64,000 nt of DNA from an uncultured Chloroflexia bacterium (GTDB lineage Bacteria > Chloroflexota > Limnocylindria > Limnocylindrales > CSP1-4), in the NCBI GenBank assembly GCA_963713975.1, contig OY970218.1, positions 1,952,001-2,016,000 on the forward strand, written 5' to 3'. The notes beneath the pieces were generated by a model that saw only the letters and a program-made list of their open reading frames with translations, was not told the DNA's origin and made no database searches. The position numbers and the translations under genes are program-made. Below, piece by piece: positions 19,140 through 28,508 of this stretch; within the stretch, counting starts at the first letter, position 1, and every line of letters begins with the position of its first letter.

Positions 19140-21311
19140 CTAGCTCGCGTTGATGCCGGCGATCTCCAGCATGCGCTGGGCCGTATACGACGGCCCCTCG
19201 TCACGGGTCAACTGGGCCAGGACGTCGATCGGGAGGTCGTCCACGATGGCGCCGTTGGGGTTGAACAGCAGGTTCTCGTCCACGGCGAGCCCGAAGGCGG
19301 ATCCCTCCTTGACCGCGTGGTACAGGTTCCTCGGCGCTACCGAATCCCCCACGTTGAGGACGTGGACGCCGGCCGCCTTGAGCTCCCCGAACAGGTCCAG
19401 GTCCGGCCGGGTGTGGCACGTCACCACATCGTCGACCTCGAGGTTGGTGCGGTTGAAGTCCTTGTCCTGGAGGACCACCTCGCCCTCGCGGATCTCCGCG
19501 ACGGTCGTGCTGGTGATGACCGTGACCTTGTGCTTGTACGGCCGTGAGCTGAGGGCCTCCGCATCGCCTAGCGCAAAGCGCTTGCGCAGGACGTACATGT
19601 GGATAACCTCGCAGTCCGCCGCGAACTCCCGGTTCTCGGTCACGATCGTGACCTGCTTGCCGATGTCCGCGAGCCAGGCTGCGGTGTCCGTCGCGGCGTA
19701 GCTGTCGCCCCAGAGCAGGACGCGGGCGCCGAGCTTGCGCATCCTGCGGCCGCCCGGATGGCACTCGCAGGCTACCTTGGGGCAGGCCATCGCCTCCTCG
19801 AACGGCACGACGCGGTCCGCGTCGCCGGCCACCGGCGGCACGAACGTGCGGGCGCCCGTCGCGTTGAGCACGATGTCGAAGTCGCGCAGCTCGTCCACCG
19901 TCGGTGCGTGGTTGAGCCGGATGTCAACGTTGAGGTCGAGCAACTGGTCCCGGATCCAGTCCAGGTACCAGCGCATCTTCTCCTTGCCCGGGACGAGGCA
20001 CACGTAGAGCATCGCGCCGCCCAGCTCCGCGTGCTTCTCGAACAGGGTCACGACGTGGCCCCGCTCGGTGGCGATACGGGCCGCTTCCATGCCGGCGGGA
20101 CCGCCGCCGACGACCGCCACCCGCACGGGTCGCGGCGAGCGCTTCATGTCCGCGTAGGCGGGGTTCCCGCAGGCCGCGTTGATGGAGCACGCGATCTCGT
20201 GCTTGGCCATCAGCGACTCCTGCCAGCAGCCGCCGAGGCAGGAGATGCACTTGCGGATCGACTTGACCTTGCCGTACTTCGCCTTGACCGGCCAGTACGG
20301 ATCCGCGAGGAGCTGCCGGGCGAGGCCGACCAGGTCCGTCTTGCCCTCGGCCAGGATCTGCTCGCAGTACTCGGGATCGCGCAGCGAGTGGCTGGTGATG
20401 ACCGGGATCCTGACGACCTTCTTGGTCGCCTCGGCGGCGTACGTCGCCCAGCCCTGCGGGTACTGCATCGGGTCGAAGCCGGCGCCCGGGCTCTCCTGCA
20501 TGCCCTGGGAGAGGTCGAGCGCTGCAACCCCGGCGCGCTCGAGCACGCGTGCCGTCTCGAGGCCCTCCTCGAGGTCGCGACCGCCGGGGCACCACTCCTC
20601 GAACGAGTAGCGGACGAGGACCGGATAGCCCTTGCCGCACTTCTTCTGGATGGAATCGATGACCGCGAGCGGGAACCGCATCCGGTTCTCGAAGCTGCCG
20701 CCGAAGCGGTCCGTCCGCATGTTGAGATACGGGCTCATGAACTCCGAGAGCAGGTAGCCGTGGGCGGCATGCAGCTCCACCGCGTCGAAGCCCGCCTGCT
20801 TGACCCGCCAGGCGGCCTCGCTGAACAGGTCCACGAGCTCGAGGATCTCCGCGATGGAGGCTTCGCGGATCTCCTTGCCCTTCTCCTCGGCGTTCTCGTA
20901 GATGATCTCGTGCCCCGCCGACCACGGCAGCTTCAGCACGCGGTCGGTGGCGCCCAGGGTGTTGTAGCGGGGGATGGCGCACTGCCGGCCCGGGTGCTGG
21001 AGCTGGACGGCGCACTTCGCGCCGTAGCGGTGCATCGACTCGGCCAGGCGGGCGAGCCCAGGGACGTAGTTGTCACCGTCGGCCACCAGGCAGGTCACCG
21101 TCGGCCGGCCGGTCTTCATGTCGGGCGTGGTGGCGCCCACGATGACGAACCCGGATCCGCCCCGCGCGATCGACTCGTGGTGGTGGATGTCCCGCTCGCT
21201 CACCTCGCCGTCGGCGTTCGAGGAGCTGATGTCCGTGGGGACGTGGACGATGCGGTTGGGAAGCTCGATGGGTCCCAGCTGGAGGGGGCTGAACAGGTGC
21301 GGGAAGGCCAT
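19140..21311 (-). CDS. NADH:flavin oxidoreductase, old yellow enzyme / 2,4-dienoyl-CoA reductase-like (FMN, 4Fe-4S, FAD)
   Basis: LFSPLQLG..ELPNRI, QLQHPGR, GFDAVELHAAHGYLL, RTDRFGGSFENR, CISC..GC...C cluster, VVGGGPAGME; AGGAG RBS before ATG 21311. Confidence 0.9.
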   Translation of the reverse strand: MAFPHLFSPLQLGPIELPNRIVHVPTDISSSNADGEVSERDIHHHESIARGGSGFVIVGATTPDMKTGRPTVTCLVADGDNYVPGLARLAESMHRYGAKCAVQLQHPGRQCAIPRYNTLGATDRVLKLPWSAGHEIIYENAEEKGKEIREASIAEILELVDLFSEAAWRVKQAGFDAVELHAAHGYLLSEFMSPYLNMRTDRFGGSFENRMRFPLAVIDSIQKKCGKGYPVLVRYSFEEWCPGGRDLEEGLETARVLERAGVAALDLSQGMQESPGAGFDPMQYPQGWATYAAEATKKVVRIPVITSHSLRDPEYCEQILAEGKTDLVGLARQLLADPYWPVKAKYGKVKSIRKCISCLGGCWQESLMAKHEIACSINAACGNPAYADMKRSPRPVRVAVVGGGPAGMEAARIATERGHVVTLFEKHAELGGAMLYVCLVPGKEKMRWYLDWIRDQLLDLNVDIRLNHAPTVDELRDFDIVLNATGARTFVPPVAGDADRVVPFEEAMACPKVACECHPGGRRMRKLGARVLLWGDSYAATDTAAWLADIGKQVTIVTENREFAADCEVIHMYVLRKRFALGDAEALSSRPYKHKVTVITSTTVAEIREGEVVLQDKDFNRTNLEVDDVVTCHTRPDLDLFGELKAAGVHVLNVGDSVAPRNLYHAVKEGSAFGLAVDENLLFNPNGAIVDDLPIDVLAQLTRDEGPSYTAQRMLEIAGINAS

Positions 21312-21499
21312 GACGGGTTTTCTCCTGCGAGTGGCGGGCACGCGTCGCCACGTCCCGATGCTGGCGGTCCGGGGCCGTGGCCGCAATGCCAGAGCGGGTC
21401 GATGAAGTGGCAGAAGCGGCCACGGGTACCCGGTCGGGGTACCGGAAACGCTCCAAGTGGCCCTGTCCGATACGGCTGGACGGCTGGCATCGTCGAGCC

Positions 21500-22399
21500 A
21501 TGGCCGTTCACGTCTGGCAACAGGACATGGAGCCCGAGTTCCCGCTCGCGGTGGTCGAGTACGGCGCGCGTGGCGACGGCGATCCGATGCACTGGCACGA
21601 TCATCTCGAGATCGCGCTGGTCCTCGAGGGGCGGGGCGTCTTCATGTTCGGCCGGCGCGCCCTCGCCGCGGAGCCCGGCGACATCTTCTTCATCGACAAC
21701 TCGCAGCCCCATGTTGCCCTTGCCGATTCGGGCTCGGCGCTGCGCCTGTTGCTGGTGCTGTTCCGCCCGGAGCTGCTCGCAGGCCCCGGCTGCCGAGGCC
21801 TGGACCTGGGCTATCTCGCGCCGTTCCGCGTGGACGAGCGTGTCTCGTCGCCACGGATCCGGGGCACCTCGGTGCTGGCCGGGGAGGTCGCCCCGGTGCT
21901 GCGCCAGCTGCGGTCGATCTGTGAGCGGCACGATCCGGCCGAGCGTCACCTCGCCGACGCGACCCTGCGCATGGCCCTGGCGCTCGTCAACCGTCACCCG
22001 GGTACCGGCGCCAGCCCCGGAGCGGCGCGTGCTGCCGCCGATCGCCGCGAGCAGATCCGGCCGGTGCTCGCCTACGTGGACGGCCACTGCCGGGACAGCA
22101 TCACGCTCGATGACGTGGCCGAGCTGGTGCACGTGAGCCCGTCCCGCGTTCGCCACGTGTTCAAGGACGTGACCGGCGTCAGCTTCAAGGAGTACGTCAC
22201 CCAGGTCCGCGTGGCGGAGGCAAAGCGGCTGCTGTTGTCCACGGACCTGTCGGTCGCGGAGATCGCCCGCGCCGTCAGCTACACCAACCTCAACCAGTTC
22301 TACAAGGTGTTCTACCGCTCGTGCGCGATGTCGCCCGGTGAGTACCGGCGCTACTACACGCTCGCGGGCAGTGAGGCGGGGCCGGCGCTGGTCCGCTAA
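21500..22399 (+). CDS. AraC family transcriptional regulator with cupin sensor domain
   Basis: HWHDHLEI cupin motif; C-terminal double HTH (LDDVAELVHVS...AKRLL..TDLSVAEIA...F...MSPGEYR). Confidence 0.9.
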   Translation: MAVHVWQQDMEPEFPLAVVEYGARGDGDPMHWHDHLEIALVLEGRGVFMFGRRALAAEPGDIFFIDNSQPHVALADSGSALRLLLVLFRPELLAGPGCRGLDLGYLAPFRVDERVSSPRIRGTSVLAGEVAPVLRQLRSICERHDPAERHLADATLRMALALVNRHPGTGASPGAARAAADRREQIRPVLAYVDGHCRDSITLDDVAELVHVSPSRVRHVFKDVTGVSFKEYVTQVRVAEAKRLLLSTDLSVAEIARAVSYTNLNQFYKVFYRSCAMSPGEYRRYYTLAGSEAGPALVR

Positions 22400-22455
22400 C
22401 CAAAGCCCGGCGGAACCCCTGCGGCACCGCCACCGACGATCGAGAGGAAGCCAGG

Positions 22456-23337
22456 ATGGACGCGGCGGTACGCGACGAGGTGGCAGTGCGGGTGCGCGAG
22501 GCCGTCGACGCCGACTGGGTGGACGCGGGGCGCATCTGCTACGAGGCCTTTTCGAGCCTCGCGGACCAGCACGGGTTCCCGCATGACTTCCCGACCGTCG
22601 AGGCGGCGTCGGCCCCGATCCGGTGGCTCATCAACCACCCCCACATCTACGGCGTGGTGGCCGACAAGGGCGGGCGCGTCATAGGCTCGAACTTCCTCGA
22701 CGAGCGCGGCACGATCTCGGCGATCGGCCCGATCAGCGTGGACCCCGGCACCCAGGACCGGCACGTCGGCCGGCTGCTGATGGACGCGGTCCTGGAACGC
22801 GCCCATGCCCAGAACGCGCCGGGTGTCAGGCTGCTCCAGATCGCCTACCACAACCGGTCGCTGAGCCTGTACGCCAAGCTGGGGATGGAGGTCCGTGGGT
22901 CCTTCGCAGCCATGCACGGCCAGCCCATCCGCCAGGCAATGCCGGGTTACGACGTGCGGCCGGCGACGCAGGATGACGAGTACGCCTGCAACTCCCTGTG
23001 CCTGCGGGTCCACGGCCACGCCCGCGCCGGCGAGGTGCACGAGGCGATCGAGGCGGGCGACGCACGCGTGGTGGAGCGCCTCGGCCGGATCACGGGCTAC
23101 ACGACGAAGATCAACTACTTCGCCCACTCCGTCGCGGAGACCAACGACGACCTGCGGGCGCTCATCTGCGAGGCGAAGGACTTCGGGACGCCGGGCTTCC
23201 TGGTCCCGCTGTCCAACAACGATCTCTTCCGCTGGTGCCTGGACAAAGGCCTGCGGATCTTCTTCGTGACCAACATGATGACGATCGGGCTGTACCAGGA
23301 GCCCGAGGGCCCCTACATGCCGTCGGTCGGGTACTGA
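22456..23337 (+). CDS. GNAT family N-acetyltransferase
   Basis: IGPISVDPGTQDRHVGRLLM (motif A), NRSLSLYAKLG (motif B). Confidence 0.8.
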   Translation: MDAAVRDEVAVRVREAVDADWVDAGRICYEAFSSLADQHGFPHDFPTVEAASAPIRWLINHPHIYGVVADKGGRVIGSNFLDERGTISAIGPISVDPGTQDRHVGRLLMDAVLERAHAQNAPGVRLLQIAYHNRSLSLYAKLGMEVRGSFAAMHGQPIRQAMPGYDVRPATQDDEYACNSLCLRVHGHARAGEVHEAIEAGDARVVERLGRITGYTTKINYFAHSVAETNDDLRALICEAKDFGTPGFLVPLSNNDLFRWCLDKGLRIFFVTNMMTIGLYQEPEGPYMPSVGY

Positions 23338-23364
23338 CCCCGAGCCTCACGCAGCGCGATCGGC

Positions 23365-24192
23365 CTATCCGGGGCCAGGGGAGGCCCGTGGCTCGCTGAC
23401 GCCCCAGCCGCCGTCCACGGCCACGATCTGTCCCGTCACCATCGCCGCGTCCGGGGAGAGGAGGTGGAGGGCCGTCCTGGTCACGGCCTCGGCGTCGATC
23501 GGCCCGCCCGCGAGCGGCTGCTTCGCTGCCAGGTAGGAGAGGATCTCGGGGTCCTCCTGGGCCCGCAGGCTCATCGGCGTGGCGATGAGCGACGGAGCGA
23601 CGGCGTTGACGCGGATCCCGTGTGGCGCGTAGTACGCGGCGAGTGAGCGGGTGAGACTGACGATCGCGCCCTTCGAGGCGGCATAGGCGTGGGTGGCGAA
23701 GAGGGCCGCAACCGGGTGCGTTGCAAGCGTGCTCGCCATGAGCAGCAGGGCACCCCGGCCCCCATTCGCGTCCGGTGACTGGGCCAGCATCCGGCGGATG
23801 GCGGACCGGGCAACCAGGAACTGGGTCGTGGCGTTGGCCTCTATCACCGTCTCCCAGCCCTCGAGCGTGGCCTCGTGGATCGGGCCGTCGCCAAACCGGC
23901 GGCCGGAGATGCCGGCGACGCTGTAGACGGCGTCGAGGCGCCCGATCTCGGTCCCAAAGGCCTCGAACACGGCCTCCACGTCCGCCTCCAGTCGAAGGTC
24001 CGCCGCTTGCCACAGGCAGCGTCCGCCCGCCGCCGTGATCTCGCCGGCGAGGCGCTCCAGGTGGGCCGCCGTGCGCGACACGGCGAACACCGCCCCACCT
24101 TCCGCGGCGATCGCCCGCGCGGCGGATGCCGCCATGCCCGTGGATCCGGTGACCAGCACCGACCGACCCTCGAAGCGCCCGGGGCGCGTCAT
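23365..24192 (-). CDS. Short-chain dehydrogenase/reductase
   Basis: VLVTGSTGMA, YAASKG catalytic YxxxK, IRVNAVAP, TGQIVAVDGGW. Confidence 0.9.
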   Translation of the reverse strand: MTRPGRFEGRSVLVTGSTGMAASAARAIAAEGGAVFAVSRTAAHLERLAGEITAAGGRCLWQAADLRLEADVEAVFEAFGTEIGRLDAVYSVAGISGRRFGDGPIHEATLEGWETVIEANATTQFLVARSAIRRMLAQSPDANGGRGALLLMASTLATHPVAALFATHAYAASKGAIVSLTRSLAAYYAPHGIRVNAVAPSLIATPMSLRAQEDPEILSYLAAKQPLAGGPIDAEAVTRTALHLLSPDAAMVTGQIVAVDGGWGVSEPRASPGPG

Positions 24193-24842
24193 GTCCCGGC
24201 TTCAGGCGCGGTGCCCAGGCCCGAGATCATGGCGCGGCGGGCCGCTCCGTCCCCGCCCGTCAGGGCGCTGCCGATCCCGACCGCCGTCGCACCCGCCTCG
24301 AGGAACAGCCCTGCGTTGGCCGCGTTCAGGCCTCCCGCGGGGATCAGCGCCGCGTCCGGCATCTGGCGACTGAGCTCGCGCACGAATGACGGCCCCACGG
24401 CCGACGCCGGGAACAGCTTGACGAACGTGGCTCCGGCCGCCCATGCGACCGCGATCTCGGTCGGCGTGAAGGCCCCGGGGATGAAGGGCAGGCCCTCCTC
24501 GACCGCTGTGGCCACGAGCAGGGTGTCCAGCACCGACGCCACGCCGAAGTCGGCGCCGGCCCGCCGCGCGGCCTCCAGCTCGCCCCGGCGAAGCACGGTG
24601 CCGGCACCGACGAGGAACGGACCGTCTGCCCGGTCGGCGAGCCGCTCGCGGACCGCGACCAGGTCCCCCTCGGCGTTGGTCGCGTCGAAGGTGATCTCGA
24701 ACGCCCGGGCACCCGCGTCAGCGAGCTCGGCGACGAGGCCCAGGAGCGCGGTCCGGTCCGGCACCCCCCTGAGCACGGCGATCAGCCGATGGTGGCGGAT
24801 GGCTGTCGCGACAGGTCCGTGGCGGAGCGCGTCGGCCGTCAT
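24189..24842 (-). CDS. KDPG/KHG aldolase family protein (Eda-like)
   Basis: LIAVLRG, FEIT, VGAGTVL, PGAFTPTEI, VKLFPA, IPAGG. Confidence 0.85.
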   Translation of the reverse strand: MTADALRHGPVATAIRHHRLIAVLRGVPDRTALLGLVAELADAGARAFEITFDATNAEGDLVAVRERLADRADGPFLVGAGTVLRRGELEAARRAGADFGVASVLDTLLVATAVEEGLPFIPGAFTPTEIAVAWAAGATFVKLFPASAVGPSFVRELSRQMPDAALIPAGGLNAANAGLFLEAGATAVGIGSALTGGDGAARRAMISGLGTAPEAGT

Positions 24843-26146
24843 CGGACCAGCGCCGCGACGGACGGGGCGTCCACGGGATCCAGCAGCGCACCGTCGAGGG
24901 CCAGCCGCTCCCGGAGTGCGGAGGCGAGGACGCCGCGCGGGAACGCGCCGTCATCGGCCGCGATGGCGGCCGCGGTCCCGGCGGCCTGGCCCATCGCCAT
25001 GCAGGTGGCCATGGAGCGCGCCGACGCGTGTGCATCGTGCGTCGCGGAGAAGCAGCGCCCGGCGACGAGCAGGCCCTCGATCCCGGCCGGCAGGAGCGAG
25101 CGGTAGGGGATGCCGTACACGCCGGACTCACCGACATAGCGCCACGCGGTGTCGCCGCCGGTCCCGTGGTCCTCGATCGGGGCTCCGCACAGGGCGATCT
25201 CGTCCTCGAAGCGGCGTCCGCCGAGCACGTCCTCCCGGGTAAGCCGGTAGTCGCCGTGCACCCGGCGGCTCTCGCGCACGCCGATCGCGGGGCTGGTCGC
25301 CACGATCACCGACCGCGCGAACCCCGGGACCAGGTCGCGCAGGAAGCGGTGGTACTCCTGCACCTGGCGCCGGCCATCGACCTCGGCCGCCGTGAGCTGC
25401 TCCGGGTCCGTGGGGTCCACGTTCGGGATGCGGGTCATGTGGATCAGGGCAACCCCCTCGTACGGTGTGCGGTGCCAGGAGCCCTCGATCCGCGGCAGCC
25501 GGTAGCGGCCGGTGCCGGCGGCCTCCCGCATCCGGCTCCAGAGCTCGGCCTTGGGCACGGCCGCCGCCGCGGCGATGTCGACGTTGGCCAGCTTGAACAG
25601 GGTCGACAGTGATTGAACCACGAGCCCGTCGCCGGGTGCGTCGTGGGGCACGCCGGCGAGCGCGCAGACGTCCGCGTCACCCGACGCGTCCACGAACGCA
25701 GAGGCCCCAACCCAGCGCTCGCCGCCCTTGTTCCAGAGCCGGATGGCGCTCAGGCGGCCGTCCTCGACCCGTATGCCCGTCGCCCAGGTGTGCAGCAGCA
25801 GGTCCACCCCGGCGTCCTCGGTGAGCTGCTCCCAGAGGACCTTGAGCGCCTCCGAGTCGTAGGTGACGCCGGTCCCGGCCCCATAGGTGTTCGGCCGCTC
25901 GAAGGCCACGCCGTCCGCGGTCAGCCGCTGCGCGATCTCCCAGCCAAGGCCGCCGACCACCCGTCGCGGCCGCTCGCCCGGCGTGTAGAAGGCGTAGAAC
26001 GTGTCCAGGACGGCCGTCGATGTGCCGCCCATGAAGGCCAGCCGGTCCACGAGCAGGGTCGAGGCGCCCCGCCGCGCGGCCGAGATGGCGGCCGCCGCCC
26101 CCGCGGACCCCGCCCCCACGACAACGACGTCGTAACGGTCCCTCAT
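24839..26146 (-). CDS. FAD-dependent oxidoreductase (FAD_oxidored type)
   Basis: DVVVVGAGSAG, GGTST, VDASGDAD, GVRESRR, YGIPYRSL, LLVAGRC, MAMGQAAG. Confidence 0.85.
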   Translation of the reverse strand: MRDRYDVVVVGAGSAGAAAAISAARRGASTLLVDRLAFMGGTSTAVLDTFYAFYTPGERPRRVVGGLGWEIAQRLTADGVAFERPNTYGAGTGVTYDSEALKVLWEQLTEDAGVDLLLHTWATGIRVEDGRLSAIRLWNKGGERWVGASAFVDASGDADVCALAGVPHDAPGDGLVVQSLSTLFKLANVDIAAAAAVPKAELWSRMREAAGTGRYRLPRIEGSWHRTPYEGVALIHMTRIPNVDPTDPEQLTAAEVDGRRQVQEYHRFLRDLVPGFARSVIVATSPAIGVRESRRVHGDYRLTREDVLGGRRFEDEIALCGAPIEDHGTGGDTAWRYVGESGVYGIPYRSLLPAGIEGLLVAGRCFSATHDAHASARSMATCMAMGQAAGTAAAIAADDGAFPRGVLASALRERLALDGALLDPVDAPSVAALVR

Positions 26147-27105
26147 GCGGGGCCTGCCCCGGGCATCGCGTAGAAGCGGGCCGGGTTGGCGGTCAGGATC
26201 CTCTTGGTCGCCTCGTCGTCCATGCGCTGCCGGAGCCTGGGCGCGAAGGTGCGCATCAGGTACCGGAGCCCAGGACCACCCTCGTAGGAGCGGAGGTAGT
26301 CGCGCGAGCCGAGATCGAGGCCGAGCATGATCCGGTCCAGGTGGCCGGCGTGGGCGACGGCCTCGATCAGGTCCAGGACCACCGAATCGGGGTGGTACTT
26401 GGTCCGCCCGATCGTGTCGTACTCCAGGGTCACGCCACGGGCAGCGACCTCCGCGTGCAGCTCGGCATCGGGGTTCCGGTCAAGGTGCGCCAGCGCGATC
26501 CGCTCGGGCCGGGCCCCGGCCTCCTCGAGGAGATCCACGATCTCGTGGGCCGCCGTGCCGACCTCGCTGTGAACCAGGATGGCGGCGCCCGTGGCGGCGG
26601 AGGCTCCGGCGATGGCCTCGAGGCGTCGGCGCTCGCCGTGTGAGATCCGGTGGTATGAGGCCCCGCCCTTGATGGCGCCGGCCCGCGCCCTGTCGAGCGG
26701 CAGGGCCGGATCGGTCCAGTCGGCCGGGTGCATGCCGTCGGTGAGGTCCGCGTACAGTCGGGCGGCCAGCGTCTCGACGCTCGCCCGGTACACCCAATGC
26801 CCATCCGGGTAGTGCGCATCTCGGTGGTAGCCCGTCGCCGCGATGACCGGGACGCCCGTCGCCTCGGAGACCGCCCGCAGGCCGGCCGGGTCCCGTCCAA
26901 GGCCGATCGGCGTCATCTCCACGATCGTGCCGATCCCGGAATCCCGACCCTCGATGACCTCGGCGACGGCTCGCTCGACGTCCGTGAAGCCCTGTCCGGG
27001 GAGGCCCGGCGAGTCCAGCAGCAGGTGGTCGTGCGCGTCTACCACGCCCAGCGTGGCGGCGGCCCGTGGCCCCGTGACCGTGATGACGTGGTCCTCGGTC
27101 ACCAT
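26143..27105 (-). CDS. Phosphotriesterase family metal-dependent hydrolase / lactonase
   Basis: HDH, GAIK, LVHSE, LAHLD and GLD binuclear-metal residues; TPIGLGRD, ATGYH, NPARF; GGAGG RBS. Confidence 0.88.
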   Translation of the reverse strand: MVTEDHVITVTGPRAAATLGVVDAHDHLLLDSPGLPGQGFTDVERAVAEVIEGRDSGIGTIVEMTPIGLGRDPAGLRAVSEATGVPVIAATGYHRDAHYPDGHWVYRASVETLAARLYADLTDGMHPADWTDPALPLDRARAGAIKGGASYHRISHGERRRLEAIAGASAATGAAILVHSEVGTAAHEIVDLLEEAGARPERIALAHLDRNPDAELHAEVAARGVTLEYDTIGRTKYHPDSVVLDLIEAVAHAGHLDRIMLGLDLGSRDYLRSYEGGPGLRYLMRTFAPRLRQRMDDEATKRILTANPARFYAMPGAGPA

Positions 27106-27315
27106 GCCTCCGTGGATCGACGCCGGCGAGTGCCGGGCCCACGGGGAGTGTACCGGCGGGCAGCCCGCGGAGCGCCCGCGCACCACCTGCAGGGGGTGTG
27201 GTGTCCAATCACTCGTACTCTTGACGGCGGACATTGTGGGAAGGCATGGTCGGAGCAACGCTCCTCGAGCGGGTGGTGCCACGCCTCCCGCCGGAGCGAG
27301 AGCCGACGAGGCGTC

Positions 27316-28401
27316 ATGCCGACCGCCAGGGGGACCGGGGACCGACGACCGACCGCGGCTGGTCGAGCCCGCCCCGCTTCCCCTGTCCGGTTCCGTCTCC
27401 CTGCCCTCGCCGCGGCCCTGCTCGCGGTGGTCGTCACGGCCGGCTCGCTCGGGGCCGGAGCCACCACTGCGGCGACCACGTGGTCGAGGAACCTGTGGGT
27501 GCCGTCGGCGGCCGTCTACCAGGACCCGTACTTCTCCGCCTGCACGGCCGCAGCGGTCATGACCATGCTCAACACGATCGCCGGCCGGAGCACGGGCGGC
27601 GACGGGTTCGCCTGGACGGCCTACCGCGTGCGCAACAACGAGACGGATCGCGAGGACGTTCGGGACATGATGTCGATCTTCGCGTTCGAGCGGGCGAACG
27701 ACACGTTGCGGGCGAAGGGGAAGGGATCGGATGCCCACGGGTGGCGGAATGCGCTCAACGCCTACGGGTGGGGCGCCGACACCATGGCCGACCCGGCGAG
27801 ACGTGTCTACGAGGACCGCGCCTACCGGACGTTCGGCGGCGCGGTCAAGGCGGCGGTGCGTGCCATCGCACGGTACGGGATGCCGGTCGGGATCCTCGGC
27901 TGGGCGGGCGGGCATGCCCAGGTGATGACCGGGTACGTCGTGACCGGTGCAGACCCGCGCGTGTCGAGTGACTTCTCCGTGGTCGCGGTCTACCTGTTCG
28001 ATCCGCTGCGGTCGAACCGGACAGTCAACAGGCGCCTGAGCCTGGCCACCCTCCGCGACGGCCCGCTGCGCACCAGGTTCCAGCGCTACCGGGCGACGGA
28101 CAGTCCGTATGACGACCCGCTGACGAGTGGGGCGATCCGCAGTTCCGTGTCGCCCTCGGTCGCCCGTTCCGAGTGGTTCCACCGTTGGGTGCTGGTCGCT
28201 CCCGTTCGGATGTCCGGGTCAGCCCCGATTCCGACTCCGACGCCGACGCCGACACCACCGCCGACGGCGACCTCGGCACCCACGCCGGAACCACCGCCGC
28301 CGCCCGCGCCGACACCACCGCCCATGCCGACCCCGGAGCCGACGCCGGAGCCGACGCCGGTTCCGACCCCGGAAGCCCCGCAGGGCTCACCGGCCGACTG
28401 A
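27316..28401 (+). CDS. Secreted C39-like (papain-fold) cysteine peptidase with Pro/Thr-rich tail
   Basis: Signal-like LPALAAALLAVVV; Q..C motif YQDPYFSACTAAA, GHAQVMTGY, YLFDP; PT/PE repeat C-terminus. Confidence 0.6.
   Translation: MPTARGTGDRRPTAAGRARPASPVRFRLPALAAALLAVVVTAGSLGAGATTAATTWSRNLWVPSAAVYQDPYFSACTAAAVMTMLNTIAGRSTGGDGFAWTAYRVRNNETDREDVRDMMSIFAFERANDTLRAKGKGSDAHGWRNALNAYGWGADTMADPARRVYEDRAYRTFGGAVKAAVRAIARYGMPVGILGWAGGHAQVMTGYVVTGADPRVSSDFSVVAVYLFDPLRSNRTVNRRLSLATLRDGPLRTRFQRYRATDSPYDDPLTSGAIRSSVSPSVARSEWFHRWVLVAPVRMSGSAPIPTPTPTPTPPPTATSAPTPEPPPPPAPTPPPMPTPEPTPEPTPVPTPEAPQGSPAD
28228..28380 (+). repeat. Low-complexity coding repeat (PTPTP/PTPEP)
   Basis: CCGACG and CCGGAG iterations encoding a Pro-rich tail. 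Confidence 0.75.
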
Positions 28402-28508
28402 CCGTCGGCACCTGTCAGTACGGCCGGTTGCCGCCCGGCCGCCGTCCTTCCGACGCCGGATTGCGTGCCGTTCGGCACGGGAGCCTGCTTGACCGCGTAG
28501 TGGACGCT

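Noticed and set aside
19599-22136. 845-aa plus-strand ORF, and similarly 59667-62303 and 28086-30323
   Set aside because: Shadow frames opposite well-supported genes, with no motifs.
27106-28182. Long N-terminal extension on the phosphotriesterase (679-aa ORF)
   Set aside because: Antisense to the C39-like gene; ATG 27105 has a GGAGG RBS and the family motifs begin there.
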